From Opitutales bacterium (lineage in GTDB: Bacteria > Verrucomicrobiota > Verrucomicrobiia > Opitutales > JAFGAQ01), in contig JAFGAQ010000042.1 of assembly GCA_016933595.1 (NCBI GenBank), positions 9,715-73,714 of the forward strand: a stretch of 64,000 nt of DNA, written 5' to 3'. This document shows positions 29,425 through 38,036 of this stretch, in pieces. Positions within the stretch are counted from its first letter, which is position 1; each line of letters starts with the position of its first letter. A model generated the notes under the pieces. The model was not told the origin of the DNA. It saw only the letters and a program-made list of their open reading frames with translations, and ran no database searches. Made by a program: the position numbers and the translations under genes.

Positions 29425-32400
29425 ATGATCAAAACTACTATAACGAAAAGCAGAAGGGCTTGGCTTATGGCCCCCCTTCTCATGTGCGTAGGCGCATCCG
29501 TAAACTCGCAGGATATGGTCGAGAATGAGGAAGATGTCTACATACTGAATCCGTTCGTGGTGGAATCCTCCGGAAACGTAGGATACCTTGCCACGAGCAC
29601 ACTGGCTGGAACGCGTCTGAATACCCAATTGAAAGACGTTGGCTCCGCCATTTCGGTTGTCACGAAGGAGTTCATGCAGGACACCGGAGCGACAAACAAC
29701 GAAACGTTGCTTGTTTACACCATGAACACGGAAGTGGGCGGTGTTGGAGGTAACTTCACCAACGTGAGCAATGGCGCATCCTCATATGAAGGGATGACAA
29801 CCTTCCTCACGCCTCATTCCAGCACACGTGTCCGCGGTCTTTCCGCTGCGGATAACACCCGGGACTATTTCGTGACTGAAATTCCATGGGATGGATTCAA
29901 TGTCGATCGCGTCGACTTGCAGCGTGGGCCGAACTCGATCCTTTTCGGTTTGGGTTCTCCTGCGGGTATCATCAACACCGACCTGAAGGATGCCGATTTC
30001 GGCAAGAACTTCGGTGAGGTGGAAGCCCGTTATGGTCGCTTCGGATCCTACCGTGGGGCGCTCGATGTCAACCGCATCATCATGGACAACGAGTTGGCGG
30101 TTCGTGCAGCTGTGCTCTATGCCGATACCAAGTATCAGCAGAAGCCAGCCTACGCGGAAGACGAACGTTATTATGCCGCTGTTAAGTATGAGCCTTCCTT
30201 CCTGAAGAAAGGTTCGGCCCGTACTACTTTGCGCATGAACGCGGAAGTCGGTGATCTCACCAGTAACCGTCCTCGTACGGTCACTCCGGCTGACATGATC
30301 ACGCCTTGGTTTGGCGCGATGAACAAGCTCACGATTGATCCGTATGACAATCAGGATACGGAATCGGAACGTCCCAACTCCGCTTGGGAGTTCGAGCAGT
30401 ACGCGAGCGGTAATGCCAATCCAAACTATAGCCCGTATATTGGTAACTTCGGACAACTCTTTGGTGGGGTTTTGGCTTACTTCGAGCAGCCGGACTCTTC
30501 GAACATGGCCCGCTATTACGGAGAACCGGAACACGTGAACGGACACACTCCGCATGGTAACCGTGTCGGTGGTGTCGCACCCGCGCTTTTGCGTTCGGTC
30601 GCGGACTATTCTGTTATCGCGAGCAACTTGAATCTGCCGTTCTCTGAGGCTGGCGGTTACAAGACGAAGTATCTCTCCGATCCTTCAATCTTCGACTTCT
30701 ATCATAAGCTGCTGGATGGTCCGAACAAGAAGGAGTATCAGGAATGGGATTCCTTCAACGTCAACCTCTCCCAAGGGTTCTTTAATGAGAAGGTTGGTTT
30801 GGAGTTCGTCTATGACGATCAGAACTATTCCAACATCTTCTTGGGTCTGTTGAACAACGAACGCCAGAATATCTACATCGACATCAATCATAACATGCCC
30901 GATGGCAGCCCGAATCCAAACGTGGGACGTCCGTTTGTTACGGACTCTGGTCGTTATGGAAATGGTCAGCAATACAGTCAGCGCGAGAGCACCCGTTTCT
31001 CGGGATTTGTTGATCTCGACATCGGCGACATCACCCAGAAGGAAAACCTCCTGACCAAGATCATTGGACGCCATGTGTTCAGTGGAGTGTATGCCAATCA
31101 GGGTCGCAGCGTCTATCGCGAGGAGTTCCAGCGTTATGCTACGGATGGCGCATTCGGAGACTTGATTGGAATGCACGGTATTGATGATAACCGTCGCCAG
31201 ATCAACACCGTCCATTACTTGGGCGATTCGATGATGAGTGCAACTTCCGCATCGGGTGCGCATCTCCCACGGTTGTCAAAGGTTCAGAAGCCCGAAGACG
31301 GTTCGATCTATATCTTCGATACGCATTGGAATGCAAGCGGTGTCGATTATGAAGCACCTTGGGTGAATCCCCGCACGGGCGTTGAAATGACCGAGGCAGA
31401 CAATCCGGCCAACTATGTGGGATGGGTGAATGTGCCCTTCAACGTGTTGGATACCACTGATCCGGACGAACATGTTCCCACGATCACTCAAGCCAACCGC
31501 ATCAAAGACGAAGTTGAATCAACTGTCTTCGTTTGGCAGGGTTACCTGTGGGATGGCGCGATTGTTGGTACATACGGATGGCGCGAAGACACCGCCCGCA
31601 ATTGGAGCATGACCGCACCGCTGTATGATGACCGTACCGTCAACATGACGGATTTCAAAATCCGTGGTAAGGAAGGATCGGAGCAGAGCGAAGAAACGAC
31701 CAGCTACAGCATTGTTGCCCACATCAATGATCTCGTTGGTGACCGCCTCCCGGTTAACTTCAGCGTGTTCTACAACAAGGGTGAAAACTTCCAGCCAGCT
31801 GCTGGTCGTGTTGACATTCTTGGAAGAGGACTGCCGGCTCCTTCCGGTGAGACTGAGGACTATGGTTTCATGATCTCGACCAAGGACAACCGTTACGCTG
31901 CACGCGTGAACTGGTATGAAACGACGGTCGCAAACGACGCTAACAATAGCTTCAATGCATGGCCTGCCGGTATCGTGGAAAACTGGGCGCACGCGTTTGC
32001 AACCCGTTTCCGTGACAATGTTGGTAATGATCCTGACTTCACTCCGAAGGATGGGATGAGTGCTGAAGCAACGGCTGCCCTCGAAGCGGCGGCTCTTGAA
32101 GCTTGGTTCGCAAACCCGCCGGAAGAAATTATTCTGGCCTGGGGTGGCAACATCAGCACTGAATCGCTCCATACCACCAATCAGACCACGAATCCTCCCA
32201 ACGGATTCACCATCACGGCTGACACCATGTCAAAAGGGATGGAAGTCGAGCTGATGGCAAACCCGACCGATAGTCTGCGTATCTCGATGAACATCTCCCG
32301 GACGGAAGCCTCCTACAGCAATGTGGGTGGGACCTTCGGAGAATACATCGAAGAACGTTTGGCCTATTATCGCTCGACTGCTGCCGGTGAGATGCGTATC

Positions 32401-32883
32401 TGGGGAGCCGCTGGCCCAACGATTCTCGAACAGTGGGCTGACCAGGGCGGTTTCCTCGGAAACTACCAACGCTTGAAGCTGCAGGATGGCGCAGCCACTC
32501 CGGAACTTCGCGAATGGCGTTTTAATGCCGTAGCTAATTACACCTTCGTCGATGGAGCGCTCAAGGGCTTGAACATTGGTGGTGGTGTTCGTTGGCAGGA
32601 TGAGATCGCGATCGGTTATCCGATGTATTATGATGACAATGGTGATCCGACCTACGACATCAATAACCCATACATGGGACCGGACGAGTGGAACTTCGAC
32701 ATGTGGGCCGGCTATGAGCGTCCGATCAACGACAAGATCGATTGGCGCATTCAGCTGAATGTCCGCAACGTCGGTGCAACGAATGAAGTGGTTCCAATCT
32801 CGGTGCAGGTTGACGGGTCGCCGGCAGCTGTCCGCGTAGCCCCGAACATGACATGGGAAATCACGAACACCTTCAAGTTCTGA
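29425..32883 (+). CDS. TonB-dependent outer-membrane receptor (large, 1152 aa), paralogue 1
   Basis: Signal peptide 'MIKTTITKSRRAWLMAPLLMCVGASVNS', TonB-box-like 'VYILNPFVVES', plug motifs 'LKDVGSAISVVTKEF' and 'VDRVDLQRGPNSILFGLGSPAGIINT', and a beta-barrel-type C-terminus ending in 'TNTFKF'. Confidence 0.85.
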   Translation: MIKTTITKSRRAWLMAPLLMCVGASVNSQDMVENEEDVYILNPFVVESSGNVGYLATSTLAGTRLNTQLKDVGSAISVVTKEFMQDTGATNNETLLVYTMNTEVGGVGGNFTNVSNGASSYEGMTTFLTPHSSTRVRGLSAADNTRDYFVTEIPWDGFNVDRVDLQRGPNSILFGLGSPAGIINTDLKDADFGKNFGEVEARYGRFGSYRGALDVNRIIMDNELAVRAAVLYADTKYQQKPAYAEDERYYAAVKYEPSFLKKGSARTTLRMNAEVGDLTSNRPRTVTPADMITPWFGAMNKLTIDPYDNQDTESERPNSAWEFEQYASGNANPNYSPYIGNFGQLFGGVLAYFEQPDSSNMARYYGEPEHVNGHTPHGNRVGGVAPALLRSVADYSVIASNLNLPFSEAGGYKTKYLSDPSIFDFYHKLLDGPNKKEYQEWDSFNVNLSQGFFNEKVGLEFVYDDQNYSNIFLGLLNNERQNIYIDINHNMPDGSPNPNVGRPFVTDSGRYGNGQQYSQRESTRFSGFVDLDIGDITQKENLLTKIIGRHVFSGVYANQGRSVYREEFQRYATDGAFGDLIGMHGIDDNRRQINTVHYLGDSMMSATSASGAHLPRLSKVQKPEDGSIYIFDTHWNASGVDYEAPWVNPRTGVEMTEADNPANYVGWVNVPFNVLDTTDPDEHVPTITQANRIKDEVESTVFVWQGYLWDGAIVGTYGWREDTARNWSMTAPLYDDRTVNMTDFKIRGKEGSEQSEETTSYSIVAHINDLVGDRLPVNFSVFYNKGENFQPAAGRVDILGRGLPAPSGETEDYGFMISTKDNRYAARVNWYETTVANDANNSFNAWPAGIVENWAHAFATRFRDNVGNDPDFTPKDGMSAEATAALEAAALEAWFANPPEEIILAWGGNISTESLHTTNQTTNPPNGFTITADTMSKGMEVELMANPTDSLRISMNISRTEASYSNVGGTFGEYIEERLAYYRSTAAGEMRIWGAAGPTILEQWADQGGFLGNYQRLKLQDGAATPELREWRFNAVANYTFVDGALKGLNIGGGVRWQDEIAIGYPMYYDDNGDPTYDINNPYMGPDEWNFDMWAGYERPINDKIDWRIQLNVRNVGATNEVVPISVQVDGSPAAVRVAPNMTWEITNTFKF

Positions 32884-32922
32884 TAGTTACATGATCGGGT
32901 AACCAATCCCGCATCATTTTTG

Positions 32923-32963
32923 AAAGAGCTTCCGATCCCTGGGTCGGAGGCTCTTTCTCGTTC
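32923..32963 (+). terminator. rho-independent terminator after receptor gene 1
   Basis: 15-bp stem AAAGAGCTTCCGATC / GGTCGGAGGCTCTTT (two G-U pairs) with loop CCTG, followed by a T-rich CTCGTTC. Confidence 0.6.
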
Positions 32964-33010
32964 TAACATTCGAAAATTGTTTTTTTGAGCTTTTTTGTTG
33001 GCGGGTGAAT

Positions 33011-33039
33011 TTGCTACTCTGCGGACTCTACCCTAAAAC
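33011..33039 (+). promoter_or_regulatory. candidate sigma70-like promoter of receptor gene 2 (-35 TTGCTA, 17-nt spacer, -10 TAAAAC)
   Basis: Same geometry as 29391-29419. The -10 ends 5 nt before the ATG at 33045. Confidence 0.4.
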
Positions 33040-33044
33040 ATAAC

Positions 33045-36000
33045 ATGATAAAAACTACTATAATAAATAGCAGAAGGGCTTGGCTTGTTGCCCCTCTTCT
33101 CATGTGCGTAGGCGCATCTGTAAACTCGCAGGATATGGTCGAGAATCAGGAAGACGTCTATGTGCTCAATCCGTTCGTGGTGGAATCCTCCGGAAACGTA
33201 GGATACATTGCCACGAGCACGCTGGCCGGAACCCGCTTGAACACGCAATTGAAAGACGTGGGTTCTGCCATCTCGGTTGTCACCAAGGAATTCCTCCAGG
33301 ATACCGGAGCTACGAACAACGAAACGTTGCTGGTCTATACCACGAACACGGAAGTGGCGGGTGTGGATGGTAACTTCACCAATGTATCGAATGGATCGAT
33401 GTCCTATCAGGGTGCCTCGACCTTTCTGACCCCTCACTCGAGTACCCGTGTCCGTGGACTTTCCGCAGCGGACAACACCCGCGACTTCTTCGTCACGGAG
33501 ATTCCATGGGATGGATACAATGTGGACCGAGTGGACCTGCAGCGTGGACCAAACTCGATCCTTTTCGGGTTGGGATCGCCCGCCGGTATCATCAATACCG
33601 ATTTGAAGGACGGTGACTTCACCAAGAGTTTTGGCGAGGTCGAAGCCCGTTACGGCCGTTTCGGATCCTACCGTGGTTCCTTGGACTACAACCATGTGGT
33701 TTTGGAGGACGAACTGGCTGTCCGGATCGCCGGAATGATGGGCGAGACCAAGTATCAGCAGAAACCGGCATTTTCGGAAGAGAACCGTCGTTTTGCTGCG
33801 GTGAAGTATGAGCCCAAGTTCCTCAAAAAGGGATCGGCCCGTACAACGATTCGCGTGAATGCGGAAGTCGGTGAGATTACCAGCAACCGTCCGCGTATGG
33901 TAACCCCTGGTGACAACATCACCCCTTGGTTCACTGACATGAACAAGCTGACCATCGATCCCTATGACAATATGGAAAGGGACTCGAAGCGTCCGAACAC
34001 GGCATGGGAGCACAACACGTTCTCAGACGGGTCCGCAAATCCCGACTTTGAGCCATGGATTGCCAATTGGGGACAGCTGTTCGGTGGGGTTCTGGCAATA
34101 TGGGATGACAATAACTCCTCGCAAATGGCCCGTTTCTTTGCGGAACCGGAACGCGTACGTGCGCATGCTCCACACCGTGATGCAAATGGAAATCTCGTGA
34201 ATGTGGCTGGTGTGGCTCCATCGCAATTCCGTGCGATTGGTGGTTTCTCAGATACCGCGATTCGCCGTGGCTTGCCAAATGCATCGGATGGGGTTTACAA
34301 GAACCAGCACCTTCTGGATCCAACGATCTTTGATTTCTACCATCAGCTTTTGGATGGTGACAACAAGCGTGAGTTTCAGGACTGGGATGCCTTCAGCGTA
34401 AACCTTTCCCAAGGATTCTTTGACGAGAAGGTTGGTTTCGAATTCGTGTATGACGATCAGAATTACTCGAACAGCATCTTGAGGCTGTTGGCAAACGAAC
34501 GTCAGAATATCTACATCGATATCCACCATACGCTTCCCGATGGCAGCCCGAATCCTAATGTGGGCCGTCCGTTTGTAACCGATGCCGGCCGCTACGGAAA
34601 TGGAGCCGATTCCAGCCAGCGCGAGAATGTCCGGTTCTCCGGCTTTGTTGACCTCAACATTGCTGATTTGACCCGGAAGGACAACGTTTTGACCCGGATT
34701 CTGGGACGGCATGTGCTGAGTGGTGTTTACTCCACTCAGGAACGTCGTCAGTACCGTGAAGAGTTCCAGCGCTATGCGACGGATGCGGATTTCGGTAACC
34801 TGATTGGCTTTAGCAGCTACGAAGAAAACGATCGTCAGATTAACACGGTGCATTACCTTGGCGAGTCCTTGATGAATCGTTCGACCGCTTCTGGAGCAAA
34901 TATTCCACGCATCAAGGCCATCCAGCGCCCGCAGAGCGGTTCGGTATATATCTTCGATTCCCATTGGAACGCGACAGGTGTGGACTATAATGCGCCATGG
35001 ACCAATCCTCGCACGGGTCTTTCGACGTTGGGTAACCCCGGTAATCCTACCCGTGACCTTGTCCAGGGCGACAATCCCGCAAACTATGTGGGTTGGACTA
35101 ATGTTCCATTCCGTGTTTTGGATGCAACCAATCCTGATGACCGTCCCTATACCCTCACGAATGCGACACGGATCAAGGATATTGTTGATTCTCAGGTCGC
35201 TGTTTGGCAGGGATACTTCTGGAAGGGTGCGATCGTCGGAACGGTCGGATATCGTGAAGACACCGCCAAGAACTGGTCGATTAATGCTCCGAAGAATGCT
35301 GATCGCACTGTCAACATGGATGACTTCAAGATCAGTGGCCCTGAAGAAGCGAAACAGACTGGCGAAACCACTAGCTACAGTTTGGTTGCCCACATCAATG
35401 ATCTGTTAAACGATCGTTTGCCAGTAAACTTCAGTGTGTTCTACAACAGCTCTGAAAACTTCCAGCCTGCCGCTGGCCGTGTTGACATTCTCAACCGTCC
35501 ATTGCCGGCTCCTTCTGGCGAAACCACTGACTACGGTTTCATGATTTCGACGAAGGACAACCGATATGCTGCGAGGTTGAATTGGTATGAGACCAAGGTG
35601 ATGAATGATAGCAACAGTCAGATTGCCAATATCCATTGGGCGATCGGTATACCGGAGAACTGGGCCCATTCGTTTGCCGTGCGTTATCGTGATGGACTGA
35701 TGGAATGGTCACCCAAGGATGGAATGACCCCGGAAGAGACTGTCGCTGCGCAGGCAGCATCGCTGGAGGCTTGGTTTGCAAATCCGCCCACTGCTATCAT
35801 CGAGGCATGGGGTGGCGATCTCAGTGATGCGTCTCTGCGCGTGAATCATCAGACGACCAATCCTCCATCCGGTATGACCGCTACCGCAGACACCGTTTCG
35901 GAAGGTTTGGAACTCGAGTTGATGGCTAATCCGACCGATAGTCTCCGTATTTCGCTTAATGTTGCTAAGACTGAAGCTCAGCAGGCAAATGTTGGTGGGA

Positions 36001-36545
36001 CCTATGTTGACTATGTTGAAGAACGGCTGGCATACTACCGCAACACTCCTGCCGGGGACATGCGCATCTGGTGGGGTGGAGGTGATTCGATCCTTCAGGA
36101 TTGGACCAACCGTTTTCTCGGTCAGTACGAAATTATGAAGGTTCTGGAAGGGACCGCCCAACCCGAACTCCGTAAGTGGCGTGCAAACCTGGTTGTCAAC
36201 TACTCCTTCCTCGATGGCGCCCTCAAGGGATTGAACATCGGTGGTGGTATGCGTTGGCAGGACAAAGTGGGTATCGGATACCCGATCATCCCGAGACCTG
36301 AAGGTGGAGTCGATTACGACATCAAAAATCCTTACATGGGTGATGCCCGAACAGACTTCGACTTCTGGGCCGGTTATGAACGTCCGCTCAACGACAAGAT
36401 CGATTGGAAGATTCAGATCAATGTTCGCAATGCATTTGCGGAAAACGAACTGATCCCAATCTCGGTTCAGCCTGACGGTTCGACGGCAGCCGCTCGTGTT
36501 GCTCCGAACATGACCTGGGAAATCACGAACACCTTCAAGTTCTGA
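33045..36545 (+). CDS. TonB-dependent outer-membrane receptor (1166 aa), paralogue 2
   Basis: Signal peptide 'MIKTTIINSRRAWLVAPLLMCVGASVNS', 'VYVLNPFVVES', 'VDRVDLQRGPNSILFGLGSPAGIINT', and C-terminal 'TNTFKF'. It is collinear with paralogue 1 over the full length. Confidence 0.85.
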   Translation: MIKTTIINSRRAWLVAPLLMCVGASVNSQDMVENQEDVYVLNPFVVESSGNVGYIATSTLAGTRLNTQLKDVGSAISVVTKEFLQDTGATNNETLLVYTTNTEVAGVDGNFTNVSNGSMSYQGASTFLTPHSSTRVRGLSAADNTRDFFVTEIPWDGYNVDRVDLQRGPNSILFGLGSPAGIINTDLKDGDFTKSFGEVEARYGRFGSYRGSLDYNHVVLEDELAVRIAGMMGETKYQQKPAFSEENRRFAAVKYEPKFLKKGSARTTIRVNAEVGEITSNRPRMVTPGDNITPWFTDMNKLTIDPYDNMERDSKRPNTAWEHNTFSDGSANPDFEPWIANWGQLFGGVLAIWDDNNSSQMARFFAEPERVRAHAPHRDANGNLVNVAGVAPSQFRAIGGFSDTAIRRGLPNASDGVYKNQHLLDPTIFDFYHQLLDGDNKREFQDWDAFSVNLSQGFFDEKVGFEFVYDDQNYSNSILRLLANERQNIYIDIHHTLPDGSPNPNVGRPFVTDAGRYGNGADSSQRENVRFSGFVDLNIADLTRKDNVLTRILGRHVLSGVYSTQERRQYREEFQRYATDADFGNLIGFSSYEENDRQINTVHYLGESLMNRSTASGANIPRIKAIQRPQSGSVYIFDSHWNATGVDYNAPWTNPRTGLSTLGNPGNPTRDLVQGDNPANYVGWTNVPFRVLDATNPDDRPYTLTNATRIKDIVDSQVAVWQGYFWKGAIVGTVGYREDTAKNWSINAPKNADRTVNMDDFKISGPEEAKQTGETTSYSLVAHINDLLNDRLPVNFSVFYNSSENFQPAAGRVDILNRPLPAPSGETTDYGFMISTKDNRYAARLNWYETKVMNDSNSQIANIHWAIGIPENWAHSFAVRYRDGLMEWSPKDGMTPEETVAAQAASLEAWFANPPTAIIEAWGGDLSDASLRVNHQTTNPPSGMTATADTVSEGLELELMANPTDSLRISLNVAKTEAQQANVGGTYVDYVEERLAYYRNTPAGDMRIWWGGGDSILQDWTNRFLGQYEIMKVLEGTAQPELRKWRANLVVNYSFLDGALKGLNIGGGMRWQDKVGIGYPIIPRPEGGVDYDIKNPYMGDARTDFDFWAGYERPLNDKIDWKIQINVRNAFAENELIPISVQPDGSTAAARVAPNMTWEITNTFKF

Positions 36546-36588
36546 AAATCGAGTGATCGGGTGAGGTAACCCGGATCATATTGTTGCT

Positions 36589-36620
36589 AAGCCTCCGGCC
36601 TCAGGGTCGGGGGCTTTTTT
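36589..36620 (+). terminator. rho-independent terminator after receptor gene 2
   Basis: 12-bp stem AAGCCTCCGGCC / GGTCGGGGGCTT (two G-U pairs) with loop TCAG. The last two stem bases begin a T6 run (36615-36620). Confidence 0.8.
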
Positions 36621-36886
36621 GTGGGCGGAGCAATGGTTGTCGAATTCCTGCATCGGATGATAGGATACGGGTTGGGGTAATTGCCCTCAATGAGATATTG
36701 GGGTTGAGTTTCGGTCTCAGCGTCGATGGCTTTTCAGATTCAGGCTGCTGTCTCTGGGGGCGGGTAAGTCTGATGTGTCGGGGCACGCCCTCGTTCGAAT
36801 ATGCTACGGGTTCCACGGGTTGTATTCTTGCGACACTCGTGTTTTCTCTATCGCGAATGGGCAGGAGTTGTCGTCCAATGATAATA

Positions 36887-37726
36887 CTATGGAAGAGATC
36901 CCGAATCGTCATGGAATAGTGAACGGGTGTGAAAGAGGAGGCTCCTGTCCCCTTGTTTTCCGTGTCCCGGAATCACCAAGGTCGCTTCAGGGTACCGCTG
37001 GATGAGCGCATCGATTGCATTGGGCCAGTTATCAATATCTGCATCGAACGTGTTGCCAAGTTTGGTTGAATCAGCGGATTTGACAGCACAGCCACCGAAT
37101 AGAAGCTTTTTTGAATGGAAGTAGACCGTAGTATTGTCTGGCGAGTGACTGGCTCCTGGATACCAGACTTCGATGGTTTCCTCTCCGGATTTCAAAAGAA
37201 GTCCATCTTGAAGCGGAAAAACGTGATTTGGCGGAAGTAGGATGAGATTTGAATAGTAGTCATATAACGGAGAACCCTTTAACCATGGAAGCATGGCGTC
37301 GTGCGAACGTTTAGCATCGGTTTTCAGCAGTTCAACGGTTAGGTCAGACCCATGAACGGGGATTCCGTTCTCGATAAGATACGATACTCCACCCAGGTTA
37401 TCGATGTGGAATCCGGTGACGATCGCCACGATGTTTTCTGGACCGAGGCATTCCTTCACCCATCCAATAATGAGCCCGGTGGCTTCGGGAGTGCAGGGCG
37501 TATCCACCATATAAATATCACCGTTTTCTGACTGGACGACCAACGAGTTGCATGGCCATGGAAAGGAATGGGTCACCAGAAACACGCCGTCGGACAAGCC
37601 GTGGATGATTAGCTCATCCGACAATTGGAGGCGAATGTTTGGATTCGCGGACTTGTCGAAGCCGAATAAAAACACCAGTGGGAATAGGATAAGGCTGAGA
37701 ATAGAAACAATTGAGGTTCGGTTCAT
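36887..37726 (-). CDS. subclass B1-like metallo-beta-lactamase (exported), with Gly at ligand position 116
   Basis: It aligns by eye to BcII-type enzymes: 'AIVTGFHIDNLGG' vs 'VIITHAHADRIGG', 'WYPGASHSPDNTTVYF' (His196), 'LFGGCAVKSADSTKLGN' (Cys221) and 'VIPGHGKQGD' (His263). Signal/anchor 'MNRTSIVSILSLILFPLVFLFGF'. I chose the ATG at 37726. Confidence 0.8.
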   Translation of the reverse strand: MNRTSIVSILSLILFPLVFLFGFDKSANPNIRLQLSDELIIHGLSDGVFLVTHSFPWPCNSLVVQSENGDIYMVDTPCTPEATGLIIGWVKECLGPENIVAIVTGFHIDNLGGVSYLIENGIPVHGSDLTVELLKTDAKRSHDAMLPWLKGSPLYDYYSNLILLPPNHVFPLQDGLLLKSGEETIEVWYPGASHSPDNTTVYFHSKKLLFGGCAVKSADSTKLGNTFDADIDNWPNAIDALIQRYPEATLVIPGHGKQGDRSLLFHTRSLFHDDSGSLP

Positions 37727-38036
37727 GGTGCGATTAAACCTGTGTTCCGGATGAGTTTTCAAGCCCTTTGGTCTGTGCTTTTCTATGACCTTTGACAAAA
37801 GCTATTCATTCCCAGAAGCACCACTAGGGACAGGAATGAAAGAAATCGTATCAGGTGCTTTAGGGCATGCAGGCATTCTGGGCCCAGAAAAGGATGACAC
37901 TGTCAGGTCTCGCAAAAACCTGGATTTAGGAAAGTGGTCGGTATGCCGAATATAGTATGTGGTATTCGAGTTTTCGGTCGTTCGGAGTGTTCGATCCGTT
38001 CTGACAGACCAGACATTCCTCCAAACTCTTGCGTTT

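Larger units (their letters stand above)
29391..36620 (+). repeat. diverged tandem duplication of a roughly 3.6-kb promoter + TonB-dependent receptor + terminator module (unit 1 29391-33010, unit 2 33011-36620)
   Basis: The units share the upstream block, signal peptide and plug (14 mismatches in the first 126 coding nt by manual alignment, about 89% identity). The C-termini are near-identical ('RVAPNMTWEITNTFKF'). The 3' UTRs ('tgatcgggt...aacc') and terminator hairpins are homologous. Confidence 0.9.

Noticed and set aside
29782-35393. Several long antisense ORFs inside the two receptor genes (29782..30555, 30685..31263, 31519..32172, 33033..34013, 34248..35393)
   Set aside because: They occur at equivalent positions in both paralogues only because the sense sequence is duplicated. 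Their translations are R/H/V-rich without motifs, so they are shadow ORFs.
36581-36919. Mutually antisense ORFs (112 aa plus strand, 103 aa minus strand) in the 270-nt spacer between receptor 2 and the MBL gene
   Set aside because: The plus-strand ORF begins inside the terminator hairpin. Both lack start context and motifs. I could not support a small RNA there either, because I saw no convincing structure.
36887-37798. Possible horizontally acquired low-GC signature of the MBL gene
   Set aside because: A hand count of 240 nt (37201-37440) gave 118 G+C (49%). That is only slightly below the roughly 52-57% of neighbouring genes I sampled, so it is not decisive without a genome-wide comparison.
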